DNA from: Hormiphora californensis
Taxonomy: Eukaryota; Animalia; Ctenophora
Direction: 5' to 3'
Length of the DNA: 64,000 bases
NCBI GenBank assembly: GCA_020137815.1
Contig: CM035358.1
Location: 4,712,001 to 4,776,000 of the forward strand
The notes below the pieces were generated by a model that saw only the letters and a program-made list of their open reading frames with translations, was not told where the DNA came from and did not search any database. Of the stretch, positions 1 to 13,100 are shown in pieces. Positions within the stretch are counted from its first letter, which is position 1, and each line of letters starts with the position of its first letter. The position numbers and the translations under genes are program-made.

Positions 1-325
1 GATCTTTCGAGAGATCTGAGATGAGCCTAATATATGCACTCATAAATATTAAAAACATGCTATATTCACCTAGCTGGGCCTAGCTGGGCCGAACTGAATA
101 TTTTATCCTACAAAGCTCAAACTTTTCCAAATGTTTCACGTGATGGCAGGTGATGCAGTCACAGACACACAGTCACAGTCACAGACTATAATATATGATA
201 GTCATGTTTAGTTTGCTAGAAGTACTGTGATTCAAATTCAATACATGTACGACCCCTTCTTCTAGCACAGGGTTGCATAATATATCACCAAGTAACATTA
301 CCAGGATGTGACTGTAGTACAGCTC

Positions 326-616
<291 letters not shown>

Positions 617-840
617 GTTGGTGCGTTTGTGTGTTACACTCCATCCTGATCCAGCCGCCTGTTTTTTTGTTTGTTTTTCCGGATGCATTTGCAAAGACAA
701 CCCGTCAAACAAACAAATCTTTGAGAGCAGCGGTCAGACCTTCATCTCTCAGCCCTCACTTCACACTGTAGTGTCTGTAATCTGTATTCAAGATTATAAG
801 TTCCAATGTTTTCTTGACTTTATTGTTCTGCTCAGTCCGG

Positions 841-994
841 TAAAGTCGGATTTTTTGAAACTGTCACCCCCCTTTTCGTGCGCGGAATGTTTTTGCGCGT
901 CACATCACATGTTAACGTGTGGTGTGCGCGTCAAAATTGATAAATTTCACATGCGCGGTCATTTTGGGGTGACAGTTTCAAAAAATCCGACTTT
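841..994. mobile_element. MITE with about 28-bp TIRs (aagtcggattttttgaaactgtcacccc), TA-flanked. Other copies at about 33348-33503 and 55952-56093
   Basis: Three dispersed copies with inverted termini and a conserved interior. Confidence 0.8.
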
Positions 995-1129
995 ATCTAT
1001 TTTAACAAAATAAATCCCACGCTGGCCCACGCTGAGTTCATTTGATCCATAGACTTTTTTAAGCCCCCCCCTCCCTATGTCCAGGTATAGTTCAGTTGTA
1101 TCTAATCTGAACGCCCTCCCTATGTCCAG

Positions 1130-4100
1130 GTATAGTTCAGTTATATCGCCATGCCCTAGATGGTGTGGAGTGTGAGCTGGCCGCACAAGGGCTAGCTGCC
1201 CTCCTTGTCTCCCCCACAGAGCAACAAATACAGGTACGGAACTGAGAATTGGACACGAAACATGTGGAATAAAACTTGATTATAACAGGATATATCTCGA
1301 CAAATATCTCAACAAATTTAACCATTTTTTCAGAGTGAGCTATGCCTCCATCACCGCACCCTCTCTCCCATCACCCCTATCACCCGGGAGATGACCCATG
1401 ACGAGGTTCTAGCGGCTGATGTTGTCCGGTTATTGGCTGATAGCCAGCTCCCACAGAGGTTCTGGTACCTGCTGAGCAAGCACAATGTGACACCCACTCT
1501 GTTGGACAATGTGTTGCACGTGGTGTTACATTTGGTGCAACACTCCCTTCACGTTGCCATGGTGAGTAAAGAGGCGGATAATTAGTTATTAATTAATTAA
1601 TGCTGATCGAAAGGAGATGTATTGTTCAAGCTCCGGGTAACACCTGTCAGAGCATTGGCCTGACAGGGTAACACTGCTCTGTTGAGCACTTTCGCCAGCA
1701 TCTTTTCACAGATCATTTATAATCTAGTTTCTGTAATAGTCTAACAGCACGGTACTATACAGCATAGTGTTTTCTTCTGGCACGGTCTAACGGATAGCTT
1801 ACAATAAACCAGCACTAAAAGAATAAACTGAGACCATTCGATTCTTATATTGTTCACTTGTGGCTGTATAGGATTTGCCTAGCTAGACTCTGTTTCGCAT
1901 GCCCCCGTAAAGAAGGGTTAGAACATAACAATATAGGATCTCACATTTATATTCGCTGATTTCAAGAATCAAACTTAGTGTACCGTATTGGTTGTGTCCA
2001 CTGAGGCGCATGTCTATTGTATTTGGGTGTTATTGGATGAAAATTAGCCGTCAGGATCAAAATGTTAAGATATAAAGTTGATGTAAGTTAGCCATATTTT
2101 ATCACACGTGTACCTTACACCCGCCAACTTGCTCTCTCTCTCTCTCTCTCCTTTCTCAAACTCTAATTCTACTGTCTCTTGTTCTATCTCTCTCTCTTTT
2201 TCATGTGTGTTAGAAACAGTTTCCAACAAGTCTACACACCATTTGGCGTCTTTTGCACATGTCCCCATTCCACGTGGATATTTCTCTATCCACACAAGTT
2301 TCCCGTTCTGTCAGTCGTCTTAGTCGTGTTAGTGTATTTCACTAAGTTAGTATATTCTTTCTCTGATCAATTAGTGTTAGTGTGTAATAATTGCTTTTGA
2401 GGTAAGTTAAAACTCGGACCTGCTAATCGCCTTACATGTTTAAATAAGCTCCCACTTGCCTACATCTCGGGAATCGGCGACGTGATTTAAACCAGTTTAA
2501 CCGCAAATACTCTATAGCGCACATACATTGCACATACAAGTCGTTAGTCATAATTTGTAGTTGAAGTGCAGTGTACATGAAGTGTTTTTACTCTAACTGC
2601 CAACTGGTGTTCTACTTCTTTACTATCTATATCACTCCATCTCCCTATATGTAACTCAGCTCCTTTTTGTAGAATTTCCATTAGAAGCTATGTTTTACTC
2701 GCTTCCAGTTCTCATCCTCCTCCTTTGCCTGGAACCCTTGGCTGCTGCTGATGATGAGGTTAGCTCAGGTAAGTTTTGTAGACTGAATTTCATAAGGCTT
2801 TACGACTTATTAAAAAACCGCTACCGATTCTAATCCAATTTAAATCTTGAATTTTACTGTATTTGTCTCAGGATTTACAGTCGAAGTTGTGAAAACTAAA
2901 TGGCCGGTAAACTTTAACTTATCCTATGGAAACGGAACATTGGAGATATTTGGCAATAACACCTTTCGAATTGGCCCAAATTGTAGTACTGGCATCGGGG
3001 TATTTCCTGTGAAGCTCACACCTGGAGTTAGTTACCGTTGGAGGGTAATCAAGAATTATCCGCTGCTTCTTGTGGAGTTTGCAAAAGGAAAGGAGTCATA
3101 CAACTGCGTCTGCCACGACCATTACAAGTACGTTAAAGTACATTGGATGGACATGTATAATGATGATCAAAAAGACAAGAAGAAGAAGAAGGAGAAAATG
3201 TATTATTGGGAGGAGGACATGTGTGATTATTATCAAGACGAAGAGGAGAAGGAGAAGGAAGGTGAACAGTTGTGCTTTTGGTTTAACTTTTACAATTCGC
3301 GAGACAGGGACTGTCACGAAGCTTGGTTGGACTCAGCAGCTTCCACTTTTCTGGAGACTAACCTTGAATACCGTAGAATCAATAACAGTAAGTATAGAAA
3401 CATGGCTTTCATTTTGCCTCGCTGACTATTATCATGATTTCTATGCACATGTTAATCTTTAAATCCTGTTTAACCTCTACCATTCTTTGCAGCAATACAA
3501 CTGGAGGACCCTGCGTACAGTTCCCTGCTGTACCAGGAGCAACAAGGACATTTTGATTCGGCGGATGAAAGTTATGAATTATGTTCGGATCCTTCGGAGC
3601 CCATAACTGGATGCAAGATTAAAGAACTGGCAGATGGTCATGGGAAGAAGTTTTTACAAAAGGTCTGTTGCTATAACGAATCGACATGGTTTCAATGCCC
3701 CTTTACCGATAAGGAATACACTGTGGATGAGAAAGAAGGGCAACTTTCACTGAAATGTCCCATGGAAGGACGTTCTACGCTCAGCTCCTACCAGACTTGT
3801 GGAGCGATTGAAGGCTCTTACTGTGGGGATCCTGTGTGTGAAAAGGGAAACAACACAGTTGAGTATGGGAGCACACAGTGTAAGGAAAACATTCCAAGAT
3901 TAACGTTGTCCTGTGAAGGTTTCACCACCATGACTTGGACCAACCATACCGATCGCACGTGTACGGATCAGTGCCAGTGCAGTAATTGTAGAGACCTCGC
4001 TAACTTCTGTTCTCCTCACACCAAGGGAGTGTTTTGTGATACTATCTACGTCCCTCCGTGGAAGATCTGCGACTGGTGAGGTTGATTGCAATGCAAGAGG

Positions 4101-7100
4101 AGAGGATGAAATTGGATGTGGTGATTTGTACTGCGATGTGACCTTCTATAAATCTACCACAGATCCTATTACCAAAAAATTCAAACGCCTTTTCTCTGAA
4201 AGGTGTAATGGCGTTTCGTATTGTGATAATAGGGAAGACTGGGATACTTCGTGTAATGAAGAACGGTGGTGCTATCGATCTGCATTCGAAACCCCGATAC
4301 GTCTAGATTCTCGAAACATCTGTCCACCCGTCTCGAGATGGGAGATGTCAGCTATCTGTGAGGACGGATCTGAGCACACAAACTGCACCACGGAGGAAGA
4401 AGTGGCAATGTACTGTGACGTGAGGGGGTACAACACATCCATCTCTAGACATGCCATCTGCAACCTCGATGGCAAAACTTCCCTCTGTGATGAAGGCATC
4501 GACCAAGAATGCTGGATCCCACCGATTGGGGTCAGATGTTCCATTCACAAGCACCAGCTATGTGATGGTGTGACAGACTGTGACGGAGGAATTGATGAAG
4601 AGTGCGACACTGCAGACAAGAAACCCGTTGCAGAACTATCAAACATAGCCTGCTTTCGAGTTTTTAAATCCAGCCATGGCCATCGATTGCTCAAGATACC
4701 GGAAAGTTGGCTTGGAGATGGGGTTATTGATTGTATAGATGGAGAGGATGAAGCCTATGAGCCTGATGAATATGGCTGCGGTAAAGGAAAGTGGTGGAGT
4801 CATACGACAAACCACGAAACCCAGTGTAAATATGTGTACGTTTGCAACAAATGGGAGAGAACGTTTGTCACTCTCGATAAGCTTTGTGATGGACTCAACA
4901 CCTGTGGGTATGAGAATGAGGTGTGTGCAGCTGCACAGGGACAACTAACTGATAGAATCGTTTCGTCAGAGTGGGTGTTTACCAATTCTGTTGCCAGCTG
5001 GTGTTTGAAAGGTCTAGATAGCCTTCAGAGACACAAAAACGTGACCTGTGCACCATTGACATTCGCATCAAACGCTAAACCAAATCTCCAAAATTTCTTA
5101 GTTGAGGCTGAAATGAAAAGTTATACAGTTCCGTTTAGTAAGAAAATAGACTACGACTGTAGGAACATCTACGGGGAGGTCTACATTTTAATTGCATGTA
5201 ACGGTTTTTGTAGGCAGAAAAACATAACATGCCCTGTTTCATCCCGTCTCAACGAGACATCCTGCCCATCCCAGTACAAAGACAGAGTTTATACACTTGC
5301 AAAAGACGAGGAAGGGTACTTCCTGACCTATGCTGAGGGCAGAAATGTTACCGACGAAACCATCTACGAGACTCCCACCAACGAATCACCCACCAACGAA
5401 TCACCCATCAACGAACCACCCATCGACGAATCGTCCACCAGTGAGGCTCCCATCTACAAAACCATATACGAGACTCCCATTGTGTTTCCCTGTGATAACA
5501 ACAAGAAGTGTATCTCCTACAAGCAGGTGTGTGATTTGGTTAACGACTGCGGGGACTGGTCTGATGAGAATTCTTGTATCAACCACTTCGAGTGTGAGGA
5601 TAAAAACAAAACAAAGTTGATCGAGATCGGAAAGAAGTGCGATGGTGTTTACAATTGTCCTGATTTGACGGACGAGTGCAACGAGGATTGCAATTCGGAT
5701 TATATTATAAATGATCCTGGCCTCGCTGTGTCAGGTTGGGTTATTGGCATTGTAGCAACACTACTCAACATGATCGCAGTTACAGTTACTTTCCGACAGC
5801 TGGTATCGGAGAAAAATCTGGTGAAGTTTGCTAACCTCTTCTTTATCTGCCTAATCGGGATTGGAGACCTACTAGTCGGGATTTACCTCATCTTCATCTC
5901 TACAATTAACGCGAAAAAACAAGGACAGTTTGAATATTGCAAGAACAAATATGAAAGATGGCTATCCGGTTGGAGTTGCGCTTTCATGGGCGTGCTAAGC
6001 ACTACTGGGGCTGAGCTATCGCTCTTTGCGATGACAGTCCTTAGTATTACCCGTGTTGTGTGTATTACAACTACAAAGATGAAGGGAACGACAACTATCA
6101 GATCTAAAGCTGTGGTGATGATTGTTGGTGTGATACTGATAGTGATATCTTTGGTAATTGCTGGCCTGCCATTGGTTGATACATTTGAGGATTTCTTCGT
6201 CAATGAACTTGTTTACATCGACAACAACCCCATGTTTATCGGTAAGTTAACTCAATAGTTATCGGTTTGTTAACTTCATGTCAACATGTTATTTAACGCT
6301 TAGTTGCTATTTAACAGTGTACATGTCATTATTTCTTGAACCATTCCAATATTTTCAGGACCGATAACAAAGAAACTTCACATGTCCACTATTTCAAAAC
6401 ACTACGGACGCGGACGGAATGAGTTTAAAGATGTGCTCACATGGTCGCAAATCCGTCAACTCATAGCTGGCATGTTCACCACTAATAATCGTGAAAATGC
6501 CACGATAAATGAAACATTTGTTAATGGCAGAAGTATACATTTCTATGGCAACTCAGGGGTCTGCCTTTTCAAGTATTTTGTGACAAGTGAAGATCCCCAG
6601 ATCGGATACTCCTGGCTTGTCATTGTAACCAACTTGGTGTGTTTCTGTGTAATCACGATGTGTTATCTCCTTATTCAACTGGTGGTGGGGAAATCAGAAT
6701 CCCGGATATCGACAGCAGGACCAGGACCGAACGTTCGTAGGAAGAAAGCAACCTCCCGGAATAGGGCAATGAACCAGAAGATTGCATTAATGATTGGAAC
6801 TGACTTTATCTGTTGGATTCCGTTCACTATTATCAGTTTCCTGCACTCGTTTGAGGTAATGGACGCAACAAGATTTTACGGGGTATTCTCTATCATCATT
6901 CTACCCCTCAACTCAGTCATTAACCCGCTGTTATACGAGAACAGCGGTCTGGGAGCTCGGCTGAGAGCTTTGTTTTCCCGACTAAGAGCAGAGCCTTCTA
7001 GTACTACAGGAGGCGGAGTATCGTCCACTTTGGGTACTACTGCAGCTGCTACTGGAGACACAGCTGCCACAGAGACATTATAAGTTACAGTCAGACCCTG

Positions 7101-10100
7101 ATTTACCGGAACCCTGATTTACCGGAACCCCGATTTACCGGGAGGATGAAATTCCCCCGATAAAGCAAATTAACAGTATCGACCCCGATATCCGGTTGTA
7201 CTTGTTTTCTTCGATATTTATCATATGACTGGCCTAATTATAATGGCGTACAGATCTCCAGTTAAATTAATAAGCTGAGTCGAGCTTTGCGTCTTCTCAG
7301 AGTTTGCACTGGTTTTAATTCTGTGAGTGTTAATTTACATACTTTTTAACGCAGCTATAATGATATATTGTTCAGTTTATTATTTTAATTTTATCAATAA
7401 AATGAAAGTGTTTCTTACCTGACTAGAATTGGATAACTTCACACTGAATCTCGTGGAGAGGTCGTTCTGAAAAAGACAATTTAAAAGACGATTTATCAAT
7501 TTAGGACTAACTAGATAAACAACGATATAGTGGTATCTAAATCATTAAACTGATAGCATTCTAATATTGTTCACTTATGGCTCTATAGGATCTCATATTT
7601 ATATTCTTTTTTTCAAGAGTCGAACTGTACAACACACTAAATATTGATCTCAGTTTGCAGTATTGGTTGTGTCCACTGAAGCCCTGTTAATAGTAGATGT
7701 TATTCGACCCCAGTAGTGTAAAACATTCATCAGCTTCCTCCGTAGGATGACCAGTGGGTTTAATGCGGCATTTACCGCCATGAGAACCAACCAGATTTGG
7801 AACGATCCACCGATGGGTTTTTTAAATCCTGCATCTTCCTGAGATTTCAATGTGGCACATACCACCACACCACCGGTATTGGTGAGGAGGAACACAATAC
7901 CCAGTAGAACAACTGTAACGGCAGCATTCCTGCGTTGTTGATCTGTTTCTGCCGAGACCTCTGATTTTCGGTTGAGTAGTATGCCTGTATACACAGTAAT
8001 CACAAGGTTAACCAAGATTATTGCAATTGAACAACCGAGATAGATCCAGGCATTTCTTTCCTGCTTTTTTATCGTGTTGTCGGTGTCATTTAAGTAGAGG
8101 ATTACCGTTTGTGGAATTGTCCCTATCGCCAACAAAGAAATAGAGATTGACCAAAATACCGGTTTGTTTATTTGGTAAAAGGGCCGGGATAAGGCTAAAA
8201 GTCGAGCACCGCCCATAACACAAGTCCAAAGTCCGGAGGCCTGATTAGCGAGGGTGAGATGACTTAGAATGATAACTTTGGCCGTAATTACTTGTTGAAA
8301 TATCTCCGATTTGTAGAGAATTCCGAAAGCACAAACACTGATGTCAACAGTGTTTAGAATTATGTAGAGTTGCCTTGGGAACCCTTTTCTTCTGAAATTG
8401 TAGAACAGCGAGAAGGTGTTGCTTATGATACCAGCCGTTGCTATAGCGATCACGGATATCCGAACAGGCGGCCAACTTTCCATTTCCGATGAAGATTCCG
8501 ATATTTCTAATTGGATGTTGTTAGATTAAATTTAACTGTTAGGATTAAAATATGTACAAGGAACATAAAAATATATTCACACAGCAAAACAGTAGGTCAA
8601 GATCATCATTACAGTTCTATAGGTCACAATCTATCTGTATAGCTATCTATATCTCCTTCTCTTAAACTTAAACACGTGTTAGACTATATATTTTATGTGC
8701 TTAAGTGCTTAAGGAGGACTAAGCGTGAGCTGTACAGTGTACACTTGGGTGTTGGCTTTAACGACTCGGTTAAACGACTGTTATTGTTGAGCATCAGAAT
8801 CGTTACCTAAAAGCTGAAAGGTATAGGAACACCGGTTCATGGCAGAAAAAATATTATTTATTGCTCTATAGAAAGAGAGCAAAAGAAAGATTGTTGTAAT
8901 TACTAATTATTATAATGCGAGAAAACCACCTGTAACTAACAGTGCTGCTTGCAGTGAAAATACTGTAACGTGAAATACAGTAATTTGCACGGAATTTGCG
9001 TAACGCGCGAGTGCTTTTGTCAACAATCTGTTAAAAGTACTTTGTGGTCAGCACGTACTACCGCGCCGATTGGCCACGGTTGCGCGTCGTCTTACTGTAT
9101 CCCCGTTTTCCATTACCGTTTTCCCACTACAAGCGACCGTGTAACATCTGTTTTCTCCAGATCATTGTCGATCACAAGATTCTGCTGGATCTAATTGTAA
9201 ACCGGTACCTACCTACAGACCTCTCCGTTGCAATGCAGTGTGACAACAGCACAACCACCGGAAGGCCCTCATCACTTGGTAAAACGAGGGTGGCATGACT
9301 TTTGTTTTTTTTTCGAGACTGCTTTTCAGAGATTAATTTTTTTACAATGATTTCCCCCACATTTCATTCTAACGGAAGTGTAGCAACGGGGTGGGGTGAC
9401 AGATATAGGAAGGTTGAAGTTATAAAAAAGTTAAAAAGGTTTTTCTTTCAGTTCCCCGGATTCTAAGTGCTCTGTGTCGTCATGGCAGAGTAGTTACTGA
9501 ACGTTTGGTCCGAACTTACAACATTGAGGTGGTCGTGAAGATCTACCAAACACTTGATTCACGGGATTTCCCGGCAGGTGAGACAAGAGAACTATAAATA
9601 GATAGATGATATTCAAATAATTAGTCATGAATCTATCTTCATAGAGTTTTTCGCTACATTAGAACCTTGGAATGTGACTTTTTAAACACCCCTACCGGCG
9701 ACCACATCCCCCTCTGGCCTAAATTACCGGTTTTTTTCAGAACTACCCCTCCACGAGATTCAGTGTGAAGTGCTCCGATTATGGGGTGTGTGCTTGGAGT
9801 ATGGGCTTTGTCTGTCGCCTTTCGAGGCAACTTATCCAATTCTAGTCAGGTAAGAAACACTTTCATTGTATTGATAAAATTAAAATAATAAACTGAAAAA
9901 CAGCATCATTAATAATTATTCATTATAGCTACGTTAGCTGGTATGTAAATTACACTCATAGCTCGGCTCACAGAAATATAAAACGAGTTCAAAGTCTGAG
10001 AACACTCTGCTTAATTGTTTAACTGGAGATCTGTATACCGCAATATATTAAAGAAAACAAATCACTTATAATGCCTCTGTGGCAGATGTGGCTACAGCAG

Positions 10101-13100
10101 CTGTGTCTCCAGTAGCAGCTGCAGTAGTACCCAAAAGTGGACGATACTCCGCCTCCTGTAGTACTAGAAGGCTCTGCTCTTAGTCGGGAAAACAGAGCTC
10201 TCAGCCGAGCTCCCAGACCGCTGTTCTCGTATAACAGCGGGTTAATGACTGAGTTGAGGGGTAGAATGATGATAGAAAATACCCCGTAAAATCTTGTTGC
10301 GTCCATTACCTCAAACGAGTGCAGGAAACTGATAATAGTGAATGGAATCCAACAGATAAAGTCAGTTCCAATCATTAATGCAATCTTCTGGTTCATTGCC
10401 CTATTCCGGGAGGTTGCTTTCTTCCTACGAACGTTCGGTCCTGGTCCTGGTCCTGTCGCTGCGTGTCGAATCTCCCCCACCACCAGTAATAAGAGATAAC
10501 ACATCGTGATTACACAAAACACACCAAGTTGGTTACAATGACAAGCCAGGAGTATCCGATCTGGGGATCTTCACTTGTCACAAAATATTGAAAAGGCAGA
10601 CCCTGAGTTGCCATAGAAATGTTACTTCTGCCATTAACAAATGTTTCATTATCGTGGCATTTTCACGATTATTAGTGGTGAACATGCCAGCTATGAGTTG
10701 ACGGATTTGCGACCATGTGAGCACATCTTTAAACTCATTCCGTCCGCGTCCGTAGGTTTTGAAATAGTGGACATGTGACGTTTCTTGTTATGGTCCTGAA
10801 AATAATAGAATGATTCAAGAAATGATGACATGTACACTGTTAAATAGCAACTAAGCGTTAAATAACATGTTGACATGAAGTTAACAAACAGATAACTATT
10901 GAGTTAACTTACCGATAAAAATGGGGGTGTTGTCGTGTTAAACAAGTTCATTGACGAAGAAATCCTCAAATGATCAACCAATGGCAGGCCAGCAATTACC
11001 AAAGATATCACTATCAGTACATACACCACAGCTTTGGATCTGATAGTTGTCGTTCCCTTCATCTTTGTAGTTGTAATACACACAACACGGGTGATACTAA
11101 GGACTGTCATCGTAAAGAGCGATAGCTGAGCCCCAGTAGTGCTTAGCACGCCCATGAAAGCGCAACTCCAACCGGATAGCCATCTTTCATATTTATGCTT
11201 GCAATATTCAAACTTTCCATGTTTTGTTGCGTTTATTGCAGAGATGAAAATGAGATAAATCCCGACTAGTAGATCTCCAATCCCGATTAGACAAATCAAG
11301 AAGAGGTTAGCAAACTTCACCAGATTTGTCTCCGATACCAGCTGTCGGACAGTAACTGTAACTGCGATCATGTTGAGTAGAGTTGCTACAATGCCAATAA
11401 CCCAACCTGACACAGCGAGGCCAGTATCATTTATAATGTAATCCAAATCGCAATCATCGTTGCACTCGTCTGTCATATCAGGACAATTGTAAACACCATC
11501 GCACTTCTTTCCGATCTCGATCATCTTCATTTTGTTTTTATCCTCACACCGGAAGTGGTTGATACAAGAATTCTCATCAGACCAGTCCCCGCAGTCGTTA
11601 ACCAAATCACATACCTGCTTGTAGGAGATACACTTCTTGTTGTTATCACAGGGAAACACAATGGGAGTCTCGTATATGGTTTTGTAGATGGTGGTTTGGT
11701 TGATGGGAATGGATGTGCCGTTGGTTAGATTTTGGTTAATGGCGTCGTTGGTAGGATTCTGGTTAATGGATTCATTACTTGAAGTCTTGTTGGTGGGAGC
11801 CTCGCTGGTGGACGATTCGTCGATGGGTGGTTCGTTGATGGGTGATTCGGTGGTGGGAGGATCGTTGGTGGTTTCGTCGGTAACATTTCTGCCTTCAGCA
11901 AAGGTCAGGAAGTACCCTTCCTCATCTTTTGCGAGGGTATAAACTCTGTCTTTGTACTGGGATGGGCAGGATGTTTCGCTGAGACGGTGGGATGAAACAG
12001 GGCATTTGGTATCATTCTGCATACAAAAACCGTTACATGCAATTAAAATGTAGACCTCCCCGAAGAGGTTGCTACAGTCGATGTCAATATCACCGTAAGG
12101 AACTGTATAATTTTTGATTTCATTCTCAAGTAAGAAACTTTGGAGATTTGGTTTAGCGTTTGATGGGATTTCCAATGGTTTGCAGGTTAAGTTTTTGTGA
12201 CTTTGAAGACTCTCGAGACCTTTCAAACAATAGCTGGTATTAGAATTGGTAAACACCCATTCTGACGAAACGATTTTATCAGTTAGTTGTCCCTGTGCAG
12301 CTGCACACACCTCATTCTCATACCCACAGGTGTTGAGTCCATCACAAAGCTTATCGAGAGTGACAAACGACCTCTCCCTTTCGTCACAAACGTACACATA
12401 TTTACATTGTTCTTCGTTTTTTGTCGTATGACTCCACCACTTTCCTTTACCGCAGTCATATTCATCAGGCTCATAGTCTTCATCCTCTCCATCTATACAA
12501 TCAATAACCCCATCTCCAAGCCAACTTTCCGGTATCTTGAGCAATCGATGGCCACGGCTGGATTTAAAAACTCGAACGCAGGATATGTCAGAGAGTTCTG
12601 CGACGGGATTCTTGTGTGCAGGGTCGCACTTTTCATCAATTCCTTTTTTACAGTCCGACACACCATCACATAGCTGGTGCTTGTGAATGGAACAGCTGGC
12701 CCCAATCGGGGGGATCCAGCATTCTTGGTCGATGCCTTCATCACAGAGGGAAGTTTTGCCATCGAGGTTGCAGATGGCATGTCTAGAGATGGATGTGTTG
12801 TACCCCCTCACGTCACAGTACATTGCCACTTCTTCCTCCGTGGTGCAGTTTGTGTGCTCGGATCCATCCTCACAGATCGCTGACATCTCCCATCTTGAGA
12901 CGGGTGGACAGATGTTTCGAGAATCTAAGCGTATCGGGGTATTGGATTGAAAACGATAGCACCACCGCTCTTCATTACACGCAGTATCCCCGTCTTCCCT
13001 ATTATCACAATACGAAACGCCATTACACCTTTCAGAGAAAAGGCGTTTGAATTCATAGGTAATGGGACCTTTGGTAGATTTATAGAAGGTCACATCGCAG

